From NCBI GenBank assembly GCA_937884085.1, contig CAKZYD010000399.1, forward strand, positions 1-40,446: DNA of 40,446 nt, in the 5' to 3' direction. Origin of the DNA: an uncultured Sphingomonadales bacterium. Its GTDB lineage: Bacteria; Pseudomonadota; Alphaproteobacteria; Sphingomonadales; CAKZYD01. The notes beneath the pieces were generated by a model. The model was not told the origin of the DNA. It did not search any database and saw only the letters and a program-made list of their open reading frames with translations. The translations under genes and the position numbers were made by a program. Below, one piece after another: positions 9,110-18,372 of this stretch (within the stretch, counting starts at the first letter, position 1; each line of letters starts with the position of its first letter).

Positions 9110-9745
9110 ATGCTCCGTCACCTTGCATCCGGAATGACTTTGATGGTCGGTTTGGCCGTCGCTATGCCAGCACCTGTATCGGCACAAGCTACTGATGCGA
9201 TTTCCGATCTGCCAAGTGGCTCTTATGAGCTCGATCTTAGCCATGCCAGCCTGCTTTGGAAGGTCAACCACATGGGTTTGTCCATGTATACGGCGCGTTT
9301 TACCAACTTTGATGCCGATGTGACGTTGGATGCCGCCGATTTGTCGAAGAGCGACGTGAGTGTCGTTATCAAGGCCGCGTCTGTTGAAACGGACTTTCCT
9401 TTTGAGACCAAGGATTGGGACAAGGAGCTGGCCGACGATGCCAAATGGTTTAACAGCGGCGAATATCCAGACATTACGTTCAAAGCCACGGGCATTGAAG
9501 TCACTGGCGACAATACCGGAAAGATTGCTGGCAATTTGACAATGCTGGGGCAAACCCATCCAACGACCCTAGACGTGACACTCAATGGCGCGATGAAGAG
9601 CCATCCTTTCAGCAAAAAGCCTGTCATGGGTTTTACGGCATCTGGCGTGATTGATCGCACCCAATGGGGCATGAAGACCTTTGCGCCGATGATTGGGAAA
9701 GACGTTGAGCTGGTGATCCAAGCCGAGTTTTACAAAGCCGAGTAA
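9110..9745 (+). CDS. yceI: YceI-family periplasmic polyisoprenoid-binding protein
   Basis: Signal peptide; GSYELDLSHASLLWKVNHMGLS, GNLTMLGQTHP, GFTASGVIDRTQWGM; RBS AAGGAAG before ATG 9110. Confidence 0.9.
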   Translation: MLRHLASGMTLMVGLAVAMPAPVSAQATDAISDLPSGSYELDLSHASLLWKVNHMGLSMYTARFTNFDADVTLDAADLSKSDVSVVIKAASVETDFPFETKDWDKELADDAKWFNSGEYPDITFKATGIEVTGDNTGKIAGNLTMLGQTHPTTLDVTLNGAMKSHPFSKKPVMGFTASGVIDRTQWGMKTFAPMIGKDVELVIQAEFYKAE

Positions 9746-9760
9746 GGCTTTGCCCAGCCG

Positions 9761-10972
9761 ATGACAACGGATCGCTATAACGCGTTTGCCGTGGCCCTGC
9801 ATTGGGCCATGGCGGTCGCGATCATTGGTATGTTGATCGGGGGCTTCGTGATGACCAGCGAACTCCTTGATAAGAGCCAGCGTTTTACGATGATCCAGTG
9901 GCACAAGGCGTTGGGTGTGCTGATGCTTCTGGCTATTGCGGCGCGCCTCGTCTTGCGTCTGGCCACGCACCCGCCCGCCCTGCCAAACTACATGATGGGC
10001 TGGGAACGCACCGCCGCCGGTCTTGGCCACATTGCCCTCTATGCTTTGATGCTCATCATGCCGATCACTGGTTGGCTGATGGTGTCATCCTCGCAATATG
10101 GCCTGCCCACTTTGGTCTTTGGTTGGTTCACATGGCCTCATTTGCCAGGGGTTGCCGCTGACGATGCGGTAAATGGGGCGGCCAAAGCGCTGCACTATTA
10201 TGCGGCCTTTGCGTTCATTGCTGTGATTGCAAGCCATTTGGCCGGCACGGTGAAACATATCTGGATGGATGGTCATGCCTTGCTCTATCGTATGTGGTTT
10301 GACACACCAAAGCGCGCTCTCCTTGGGCTTGGCGGTGTGGCAGCCAGTGTTTTGGCGCTCGCCGTCCTTCCTCTGGGCGGTGCAGCCTCCGTCTCTACGC
10401 CTAGCTTGAATGCACCTGCGGTGTCGGTCGCGGACGCAGCGCCAGGCGCCTATGTGGTTGACTATGGGGCAAGCACAGTCAGCTTTTCAGGCATTCATGC
10501 CGGGGACCAGTTTCGCGGCACCTTTTCGGAATGGAGCGCGGATATTCAGTTTGATCCAGGCGCTTTAGCAGACAGCCGCGCGGATATTCGTTTTGCCTTG
10601 TCCAGTGCGTCCACTGGCAACCCGTTTTACGATGGCACGCTGCCTGAGAGTGATTGGTTTGACATCGCCAATCATCCTGAAGGCCGGTTTGCTGCGACGT
10701 CTGTCGTGGCTGGGGACCAAGACGGCACGTTTATAATGGAGGGCGACCTTACGCTGCGCGGTAAATCCCTGCCTTTGCGTTTGCCTTTTACCTACGACGT
10801 CGTTGAGGACGGTACGGCAATCGTCAAAGGCAGCGTGATTGCGGATCGTCTCGCCTATGGCATCGGCGAAAATTCAGATGCCACGGCCGAGTGGGTATCG
10901 CAGGAGATTACTATCGACATCGATATTCGCGCTGCGCGTCAGTCAGACGACGAAAGCGACTTAAGTTCATAA
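9761..10972 (+). CDS. Cytochrome b561 (YceJ/CybB-like) fused to a C-terminal YceI domain
   Basis: TM His ligands in LHWAMA, WHKALG, LHYY, SHLAG; C-terminal YVVDYGASTVSFSG...GDLTLRGKSLP...DRLAYGIG; 3' end overlaps the mutS end by 34 bp. Confidence 0.88.
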   Translation: MTTDRYNAFAVALHWAMAVAIIGMLIGGFVMTSELLDKSQRFTMIQWHKALGVLMLLAIAARLVLRLATHPPALPNYMMGWERTAAGLGHIALYALMLIMPITGWLMVSSSQYGLPTLVFGWFTWPHLPGVAADDAVNGAAKALHYYAAFAFIAVIASHLAGTVKHIWMDGHALLYRMWFDTPKRALLGLGGVAASVLALAVLPLGGAASVSTPSLNAPAVSVADAAPGAYVVDYGASTVSFSGIHAGDQFRGTFSEWSADIQFDPGALADSRADIRFALSSASTGNPFYDGTLPESDWFDIANHPEGRFAATSVVAGDQDGTFIMEGDLTLRGKSLPLRLPFTYDVVEDGTAIVKGSVIADRLAYGIGENSDATAEWVSQEITIDIDIRAARQSDDESDLSS

Positions 10973-13611
10973 AGCGCATCTAGCGCCGCGCGCGGGGTTA
11001 AAGCATCGGGATCAAGCTTTGCCAAAGCCGCCTCTAGATCAGATGGTCCCGGCGCCTCGGCCTTCATCGGCTGCTGCGTAAAGAGCGGTAAATCATCTAA
11101 GATAGGCGCTGCGCCGCTGTGTCCAGCGCTCGCCTTGTCTTCTAGCAATGCCAGGATATCGCGGGCACGCGCTACGACGGAGCCCGGCATGCCCGCCAGC
11201 TTTGCCACCTGCACGCCATAAGACCGGTCTGCTGCGCCGGGGACCACTTCATGCAGAAAAATGAGGTCGCCGTCCCACTCGCGGGCCTTGATCGAATAGG
11301 CGGCGATACTGTCATATTGCTGCGTTAGAGCCGTCAGCTCATGGTAGTGCGTCGCAAACAGTGCGCGTGATTTGCTTTGCGTTGCCAGGTGTTCCGCAGT
11401 GGCCCAGGCGATAGAGAGCCCATCATAGGTGGACGTGCCGCGGCCAATCTCATCCAGAATAACAAAGCTGCTCGGTGTTGCCTGGTTCAAAATGGCGGCT
11501 GTTTCCACCATTTCGACCATGAAGGTCGAACGGCCGCGCGCCAAGTCATCAGAGGCGCCCACCCGGCTAAACAGTTGGTCTACGATGCCAATATGTGCCG
11601 CTTCGGCTGGCACAAAGCTGCCCGTTTGCGCCATTAGCACGATGAGCGCGTTTTGCCGAAGGAACGTCGATTTCCCGGCCATATTCGGTCCGGTGAGGAG
11701 CCAAAGACGGTGGCTTTCGGCAAGGCTGCAATCATTGGCAACAAAAACCTTGTGCTCTTCACCGAGAGCTGCCTCGACAACAGGATGGCGTCCGCCTTTG
11801 ACCTCAAAGGTCATGCTGTCATCGACTTTTGGCCGAACATAATGCTGCGCAACAGCCAGGTCTGCTAAAGCGGCTAAGACATCGAGCGTCGCAAGGGCTT
11901 GAGAACAGTCCATGAGAGCTTGTGTCTGCAGGAGAATTTTGGTTCGCAGCTCTTCAAACAGAGCCATCTCGCGCGCCAAGGCCTCATCGGCGGCCCGGGT
12001 GATGCGTCCTGCTAAATCGGCAAGTGCTTCGGTGGAAAAGCGCACGGCATTGGCCAAGGTCTGACGGTGAATAAAGGTATCATTCAGCGGGGCTGTCATC
12101 AGCGGGTCTGCATAGCGCGCTGGCAGGTCGACGTGATAGCCGAGGACATTGTTGTGTTTGATTTTCAGGGCTGTGACGGCTGTCAGCTCTTTGTACTCCG
12201 CTTCCAAAGATAGAATATGCCGACGGCCCTCCGTCTTCAGGCTGCGATGTTCGGCAAGGGCGGCGTCAAAGTCGCTGTTGATGAAATTGCCATCTCGCGC
12301 TGAAAGCGGCGCCTCTTCGAGCAGCGCGTCGGCGAGCAAGTCGGAAAGCGCGCCATGCCCTTGGAGCGGCTGAGCGATAGTTGGTAATAGGTTGGGTAAG
12401 TTCGCTAGCAGTTGGGCTTGCGCGTTATCAAGCAGGCTGCGCACATCGCTTGCGGCTTGGAGGGCTGCTGCGATGGCCAGCATATCGCGCGGGCCGCCCC
12501 GCCCCAAGCTCAGCCGGCCAAGGGCGCGCTGCATATCAGGACACGTCTTGAGCACGCGCCGAACATCATCGCGCAGGGCGCTTTGATCTACAAACCAAGC
12601 CACCATGTCTTGGCGTTCTATGATCGTTTGCACCGAGCATGAAGGGGCTGCAAACCAGTCTGCCAGAAGCCGAGCGCCTGCACCCGTAAGGCTGTGGTCA
12701 ATGCAATCCAGAAGACTGCCAGCGCGCTCTCCCATTTGTGTTTGCGTGAGTTCCAGAGAGCGCCGCGTGGCCGGATCAATGCGCATATGGGCAGTGGCGG
12801 AAACTTGGCGTGGCGGCGATAAGGGCGGCATTGCACCCTTTTGCGTGTCTTGGAGGTAGTCGATCAAAACGCCGAGCGCCAAGACGATTGGCCGGTCAAG
12901 TGACCCAAATCCTGCCAGTGTTGAGACACCATAAGCCTTATGCAGTAGCTTCTCCGCTTGGCTTGAAGAGAGGGCCCGATGGGCGCGGCTGGTCGTGTTT
13001 GTGGCAATGGGCGCCAGCTGCTCTGCCATCTCCGCGCTTAGCGTAATGACTTCTGCCGCATCCAGCCGCGCGATATCGCTGGAAAATCGGTCTGCGGTGC
13101 TGGTGAGCACTTGGACATCGCCAATAGACATATCGACCCACGCGAGGCCAATTTCACCGCGCAGTTCTGCCGCAGCCACCAGGATATTGCTTTGGCGCGC
13201 GGATAACAGCGTGTCTTCACTCAAAGTGCCGGGCGTGACCACGCGTACCACCTCGCGGCGCACGACAGCTTTGGCGCCGCGCTTCTTCGCTTCGGCCGGA
13301 TCTTCGGTTTGCTCGCAGATGGCGACGCGAAAGCCTGCGCGGATAAGGCGTGCAAGATAGCTATCGGCGGAATGCACAGGCACGCCGCACATGGGAATGT
13401 CAGCGCCTCCATGCTGCCCCCGTTTTGTCAGCGTGATATCTAAGGCCGCGGCGGCATCGACGGCATCCTCAAAGAACAGCTCATAAAAGTCGCCCATCCG
13501 ATAAAACAGGAGATAGGCGTCATATTCGGCCTTAATGCCGAGGTATTGCGCCATCATCGGCGTCGCTTGGCTGAGGTCTTTCGGCGATTTGGAGGATGCT
13601 TGGCTGGCCAT
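10939..13611 (-). CDS. mutS: DNA mismatch repair protein MutS
   Basis: TPMMAQY, FYRMGDFYELFF, LTGPNMAGKSTFLRQ, DEIGRGTSTYDG, ATHYHEL; start at ATG 13611 (ORF open from 13686). Confidence 0.98.
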   Translation of the reverse strand: MASQASSKSPKDLSQATPMMAQYLGIKAEYDAYLLFYRMGDFYELFFEDAVDAAAALDITLTKRGQHGGADIPMCGVPVHSADSYLARLIRAGFRVAICEQTEDPAEAKKRGAKAVVRREVVRVVTPGTLSEDTLLSARQSNILVAAAELRGEIGLAWVDMSIGDVQVLTSTADRFSSDIARLDAAEVITLSAEMAEQLAPIATNTTSRAHRALSSSQAEKLLHKAYGVSTLAGFGSLDRPIVLALGVLIDYLQDTQKGAMPPLSPPRQVSATAHMRIDPATRRSLELTQTQMGERAGSLLDCIDHSLTGAGARLLADWFAAPSCSVQTIIERQDMVAWFVDQSALRDDVRRVLKTCPDMQRALGRLSLGRGGPRDMLAIAAALQAASDVRSLLDNAQAQLLANLPNLLPTIAQPLQGHGALSDLLADALLEEAPLSARDGNFINSDFDAALAEHRSLKTEGRRHILSLEAEYKELTAVTALKIKHNNVLGYHVDLPARYADPLMTAPLNDTFIHRQTLANAVRFSTEALADLAGRITRAADEALAREMALFEELRTKILLQTQALMDCSQALATLDVLAALADLAVAQHYVRPKVDDSMTFEVKGGRHPVVEAALGEEHKVFVANDCSLAESHRLWLLTGPNMAGKSTFLRQNALIVLMAQTGSFVPAEAAHIGIVDQLFSRVGASDDLARGRSTFMVEMVETAAILNQATPSSFVILDEIGRGTSTYDGLSIAWATAEHLATQSKSRALFATHYHELTALTQQYDSIAAYSIKAREWDGDLIFLHEVVPGAADRSYGVQVAKLAGMPGSVVARARDILALLEDKASAGHSGAAPILDDLPLFTQQPMKAEAPGPSDLEAALAKLDPDALTPRAALDALYELKSLSSSD

Positions 13612-13749
13612 AGACCATGCTTTTATCGCGGCGTTTTCGCTGCGGCTATCCCATTCCTGATCTACGGCTCCGAATTGTCTGGCCAAGGGGGTATTAACCG
13701 CATAGGAACGCCAGCAAGATACATGAAAGCTTTTGGGGATCCGCCAACC

Positions 13750-16008
13750 ATGTCAGATCAACGCGCCAAGTTTTCCGACAAAGAAGCGCTGCTTTTTCAT
13801 TCCGCCAACCGGCCAGGAAAGCTTGAGATTATTGCTTCCAAGCCGATGGCGACGCAGCGAGATTTGTCGCTTGCCTATTCCCCTGGTGTGGCCGTTCCTG
13901 TTGAGGCGATAGCAGCTGATGCAACGACGGCTTATGATTATACCGCCAAAGGCAATTTGGTTGCCGTCATCTCCAACGGCACTGCGATTTTAGGGTTGGG
14001 TAACCTCGGCGCCATTGCTTCCAAGCCCGTTATGGAAGGCAAGGCTGTTCTCTTTAAACGTTTCGCTGATGTGGATTCGATCGACCTTGAGGTGGATTCA
14101 GAAGACGTTGACAAATTCTGCGATTGTGTAGCTTTGCTTGAGCCGAGCTTTGGCGGCGTGAACTTGGAAGACATCGCCGCGCCGGAATGCTTTATCATAG
14201 AACAGCGTCTGCGCGAGCGCATGAACATTCCCGTGTTCCATGACGACCAGCACGGTACAGCGATTATCACCGCAGCGGGCTTGATCAACGCCGTGCATCT
14301 CAGTGGACGCAGCATGCAGGACACCAGAGTTGTTATGAACGGTGCGGGCGCGGCGTCGATTGCCTGCGCTGAGCTGATTAAGGCGATGGGCGTTCCTGGT
14401 AAAAACATCTCCATGTGTGACCGCAAAGGCGTCATCTATAAGGGGCGCGAAGCGGGCATGAACCAGTGGAAATCTGCCTATGCTATTGAGACCGACTGCC
14501 GAAGCTTGGCTGAGGCCATGGAGGGCTCGGACGTTTTCATTGGGCTTTCTGTTAAAGATGCGGTGACCAAGGACATGGTCGCTAGTATGGCCGACAATCC
14601 CATTATTTTTGCCATGGCCAACCCTGACCCTGAAATCAGCCCAGAGGATGTGCGCGCTGTTCGGGACGACGCTATCATTGCTACCGGTCGCTCGGATTAT
14701 CCGAACCAGGTCAATAACGTCCTCGGATTTCCCTATATTTTCCGCGGCGCGCTCGATGTGCGGGCGACGACGATTAATGATGAGATGAAGATTGCTGCTG
14801 CTGAAGGGCTTGCAGAACTGGCCCGCGAAGATGTGCCCGATGAAGTGGCAAGTGCCTATTCCGGGGCCCGGCCGACCTTTGGACCAGACTATATTATCCC
14901 TGCGCCTTTTGACCCGCGTCTCATTGAGTTCATTCCGCCCAAAGTGGCGCAGGCGGCGATGGATACGGGCGTTGCCCGACGGCCTATCCTGGATATGGAA
15001 AGCTATAAGACTGAGCTAAAAACTAGGCTCAATCCAACCGTCGCCACCATGACCCAGATCTACGATAAAGTGCGGCGCAATCCAAAGCGCGTAGTCTTTG
15101 CTGAAGCAGAGGAAGAAAAAGTGCTCCGCGCGGCCATAAACTTCCAGTCTGATGGATATGGCGAACCCATTTTGGTGGGCCGGACGGATCGTGTGGAAGA
15201 GCAGCTGAAAAAGCTGGGCTACAGCGGCCCCGCGCTGCGGATTGAAAATAGCCGGGAAAGCGCGATTACACCAAATCTCCTTGAATTCCTCTATGGGCGT
15301 TTACAGCGGCAAGGATATTTATACCGCGATTGCCAACGCTTAGTGAATCAAGACCGCAACGTCTTCAGCGCGTGTCTGGTTGCCATGGGCGAGGCCGATG
15401 CCATGGTGACGGGCGTTACCCGGCACTATCATCAGGCTTTGGACCAGGTGAAACTGGCTCTTGATACGCGCCCAGGCGAAGTCCTTTTTGGCATGCATGT
15501 GGTTGTTGCCCGCAGCCAGACCATTTTCATCGCCGACTCTACCGTCAATGAACGCCCAACAGCAGAGCAGTTGGCGAAAATTGCCATTGAAGCAGCTGCC
15601 GCTGTGCGCAAGCTTGGCCATGAGCCGCGCGTGGCTTTTCTTAGCCACTCCAACTTTGGTAGCCCTGCGATGGAGTCCTCAGTCCATGTCCGTGAAGCCG
15701 TCGCGCTTTTGGACCAAGAGCTAGTCGATTTCGAATATGAAGGCGAGCTGTCCTCTGATGTCGCCTTGAACCAATCGATGATGGACCTCTACCCATTCTC
15801 GCGCTTATCGGGCCGGGCCAATGTACTGATTATGCCAGCGCTTCACTCTGCTAATATCTCTGCCAAAATCCTCAAGGAAATTGGAGATAGCCGCGTTATC
15901 GGGCCGTTGCTCGTTGGGCTTGAGAAGCCAGTTGAAATTGCGGCCATGACGGCAAGCATGTCCGATTTGGTGAACTTGGCGGTGATAGGCGCGGCCGAGG
16001 TTATTTAG
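13750..16008 (+). CDS. maeB: NADP-dependent malic enzyme with phosphotransacetylase-like domain
   Basis: DLSLAYSPGVA, KPVMEGKAVLFKRFAD, FHDDQHGTAI, ATGRSDYPNQVNNVLGFPYIFRGALD, then KRVVFAEAEE; start at ATG 13750. Confidence 0.97.
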   Translation: MSDQRAKFSDKEALLFHSANRPGKLEIIASKPMATQRDLSLAYSPGVAVPVEAIAADATTAYDYTAKGNLVAVISNGTAILGLGNLGAIASKPVMEGKAVLFKRFADVDSIDLEVDSEDVDKFCDCVALLEPSFGGVNLEDIAAPECFIIEQRLRERMNIPVFHDDQHGTAIITAAGLINAVHLSGRSMQDTRVVMNGAGAASIACAELIKAMGVPGKNISMCDRKGVIYKGREAGMNQWKSAYAIETDCRSLAEAMEGSDVFIGLSVKDAVTKDMVASMADNPIIFAMANPDPEISPEDVRAVRDDAIIATGRSDYPNQVNNVLGFPYIFRGALDVRATTINDEMKIAAAEGLAELAREDVPDEVASAYSGARPTFGPDYIIPAPFDPRLIEFIPPKVAQAAMDTGVARRPILDMESYKTELKTRLNPTVATMTQIYDKVRRNPKRVVFAEAEEEKVLRAAINFQSDGYGEPILVGRTDRVEEQLKKLGYSGPALRIENSRESAITPNLLEFLYGRLQRQGYLYRDCQRLVNQDRNVFSACLVAMGEADAMVTGVTRHYHQALDQVKLALDTRPGEVLFGMHVVVARSQTIFIADSTVNERPTAEQLAKIAIEAAAAVRKLGHEPRVAFLSHSNFGSPAMESSVHVREAVALLDQELVDFEYEGELSSDVALNQSMMDLYPFSRLSGRANVLIMPALHSANISAKILKEIGDSRVIGPLLVGLEKPVEIAAMTASMSDLVNLAVIGAAEVI

Positions 16009-16038
16009 TGCGGCCCCAATCGCCTGAAATTATCTGAC

Positions 16039-16908
16039 TTAGTGCAAAGGCCCTTGCGGCGCTGTTTCCACAAACTTTGAGGAATAGCGGCGCGTAATGC
16101 GTTCAACGGGCAGAAGAATGAAAACATCCGTGGTGTTGAACTGGGGATCCACCACTGCGCCGTTGCCCACATAACAGCCCAGGCGCAAATAGCCTTTTAT
16201 GAGGGGCGGCAGGGCGCGCTGCGCCAGTTTGCGGTCAAGTTTATCTGCTGAGACCATGTTCATGTCGACGAAACGATTTGGCAGGGCGGTGACACCGAGG
16301 TCATTCGGCACCAGGTGATTGTGGTACAAATAGGAGAGCGCCAAGGCATGCGCCGAAGGGTCCGTCCCTGCGAAACTGGCGCAGCCAAACATATAGCCAA
16401 TGGAATGCTGCCGCAGGTAGGAGGCGATGCCCTGCCATAGGAGAGTGATTGTTGCCGCTGTCCGGTGCTCTTTGGCGACACAGGAGCGGCCGAGTTCTAG
16501 CAGCTGTTTGCCTTCGCCGATCCGCTCTTGAAAGGTCGTGGATAGAATCCGGTCCAGATCATATTCGGTGGCGGAATAAAAGCCGCTGTGCTGCTGCGCT
16601 GTAATTTGGCGCAGCAGACGATAGGTGCCGACAACCTCAGGGCTATGCGGCGTACTATGGTCGATGACTAAGAGATGGTCACAAATCGCATCATAATCAT
16701 CAATGTCGCGGCGTTCCGCCAGCGAGCGTGGGTCGGGCTCAGCGCCCATTTCGCCATAAAAAATTTGGTAGCGAAGCGCTTGGGCTGCGTCCACTTCGGC
16801 CTGTGAAGCGGCGACGCGCACGTCCAAGGCGCCGGAGCGGGCATAAACCGGTGCATCCGTCAACATGTCGGCTGAAACCACGGTCGGTGATAAGGTTAGG
16901 TTTTCCAT
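16039..16908 (-). CDS. olsB: GNAT-family N-acyltransferase, ornithine-lipid OlsB-like
   Basis: AAQALRYQIFYGEMGA, DDYDAICDHLLV, VVGTYRLL, LELGRSCV, LPPLIKGYLRLG, DPQFNTTDV; RBS GGAGG. Confidence 0.8.
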   Translation of the reverse strand: MENLTLSPTVVSADMLTDAPVYARSGALDVRVAASQAEVDAAQALRYQIFYGEMGAEPDPRSLAERRDIDDYDAICDHLLVIDHSTPHSPEVVGTYRLLRQITAQQHSGFYSATEYDLDRILSTTFQERIGEGKQLLELGRSCVAKEHRTAATITLLWQGIASYLRQHSIGYMFGCASFAGTDPSAHALALSYLYHNHLVPNDLGVTALPNRFVDMNMVSADKLDRKLAQRALPPLIKGYLRLGCYVGNGAVVDPQFNTTDVFILLPVERITRRYSSKFVETAPQGPLH

Positions 16909-16932
16909 GGCCGCCCCTCCTAAGTGCTATCT

Positions 16933-16950
16933 ACGTCAGTTTTGTGACAT
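16933..16950 (-). promoter_or_regulatory. Candidate Pho box upstream of the olsB-like gene
   Basis: Minus strand ATGTCACAAAACTGACGT vs consensus CTGTCAT-AAAA-CTGTCAY (11-bp periodicity); unusually close to the ATG. Confidence 0.4.
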
Positions 16951-17013
16951 ATGACGCGGTATTTAAATAGATTGTAAACAAGCCGATTAAGGCTTTTCTT
17001 CGGCAATCGTGTT

Positions 17014-18372
17014 TTAGGCGAGATAGCGCCAGAGGCTGCCGACCAGCAAAAGTGCTAACAGCCCAACCGCGAAAGCTGCGACGGCGCCGCGGCTAAGACT
17101 TGCTTCACCTTGCTTTTGGCTGCGGACGGCCTCGCCTGTATAGCCGCGTCGCCACAGGACACGCAGCAGAAGAAGACCTGGCAGTGCAGCAACTGTCGTC
17201 GCGAGGAAAAAGAGAACCCAGCCCAAGCTTTCCGCGAGAAAACCTCCGGTTGAGGCCACGAACGTCCGGCCGATCACGGCAACCGACGATAAGAGGGCGT
17301 AATGCGTGCCAGTAAAAGCAATGTTGCAGAGGCCGGAAATATAGGTCGTGAAGACCGCCAAACCGACGCCGGAGGAGAAGTTCTCCAATCCAATGGCCAG
17401 AGCAAGGAAGCGAATGTCATTGCCTTGCGTTGCCAGTAGCGCAAAGAGCACGTTTGTGAGCATCATGAAGATCCCAGTGGCCAGAAGAGCCTTTGCCATG
17501 CCGAGTTTATTGAGCAGCGGCGGCCCCAGGGCTGTGCCGGCAATGAGCGCCCAAAAGCCGACCAGCTTATTGGCAAACACCACATCATCATCGGAAAACC
17601 CCAGCTCCACCATCAGCGGGGAGATCATCGTGTTGGCCAAGGCGTCGCCCACCTTATAGAGCACGATGAACGCAAGGATCAGGAGCGCGCCGTCTATGGC
17701 CAAAAAAGCTTTAAACGGAGCAGCGATGGTGCGTTCAAAATAGCTTTCGTCCGTTGGGGCCGCATCTGCAAAATCTTTTCGGGACTCGCCATAAAAGAGC
17801 GCTGCCAGCGCCCCCGGCAGCACCAACAGACCGGTCAATGCATAGGCTAGCGGCCAGCCTACATGCGTTGAAAGAAGGATCGTGCCAGCCCCGCTCGCTA
17901 GGAGGCCAAGCCGATACCCAAAATTAATGGTGGCAGAGCCATAAGCCAGTTCTTCATCGCTTAAAATTTCGATTCGATAGGCGTCAATAACGATATCTTG
18001 ACTGGCGCTGAGGAAGGCAACCACGAGAACCCATAGCGCTGTTGAAAAGATGTTTTGCGCGGGGTCAGAAAATCCAAGGCAGATCAGAGCGCCGACCAAA
18101 AGACTATGGATAAGCCAAAGCCAAAGGCGCCTATGTCCCAGTTGGCGCGAGAGAGGTAGGCGAATTTGATCTAGGAATGGCGACCAGAGGAATTTTATGG
18201 CGTACGGAACTGTCGCCAGGGCAAAAAGGCCCACCGTGCTTTTCTGGATACCCAGTTTGGACAGCCAGTAGGTGAGCGTGGCCAACACCAAGGCAAGCGG
18301 AAACCCAGACGAAATGCCAAGGAAGAAAACGGCCAGGGGGGCTGGCCGACCATAGGCAGTAAGGGCGTTCAC
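17014..18372 (-). CDS. ampG: AmpG-family muropeptide MFS permease
   Basis: LGISSGFPLAL, KFLWSPFLD, SASQDIVIDAYRIE, GTHYALLSS; GTGA overlap with the comM stop. Confidence 0.93.
   Translation of the reverse strand: MNALTAYGRPAPLAVFFLGISSGFPLALVLATLTYWLSKLGIQKSTVGLFALATVPYAIKFLWSPFLDQIRLPLSRQLGHRRLWLWLIHSLLVGALICLGFSDPAQNIFSTALWVLVVAFLSASQDIVIDAYRIEILSDEELAYGSATINFGYRLGLLASGAGTILLSTHVGWPLAYALTGLLVLPGALAALFYGESRKDFADAAPTDESYFERTIAAPFKAFLAIDGALLILAFIVLYKVGDALANTMISPLMVELGFSDDDVVFANKLVGFWALIAGTALGPPLLNKLGMAKALLATGIFMMLTNVLFALLATQGNDIRFLALAIGLENFSSGVGLAVFTTYISGLCNIAFTGTHYALLSSVAVIGRTFVASTGGFLAESLGWVLFFLATTVAALPGLLLLRVLWRRGYTGEAVRSQKQGEASLSRGAVAAFAVGLLALLLVGSLWRYLA

Noticed and set aside
13546-13749. 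Long N-terminal extensions in the ORF track (maeB; likewise mutS, hrcA, rsmI, lpoA-like, ABM, TonB receptor)
   Set aside because: They lack family similarity and mostly overlap neighbouring genes or promoters; downstream ATGs fit better
16976-16997. AAGCC/GGCTT hairpin after ampG as an intrinsic terminator
   Set aside because: Only a 5-bp stem with a poor U-tract on the coding strand
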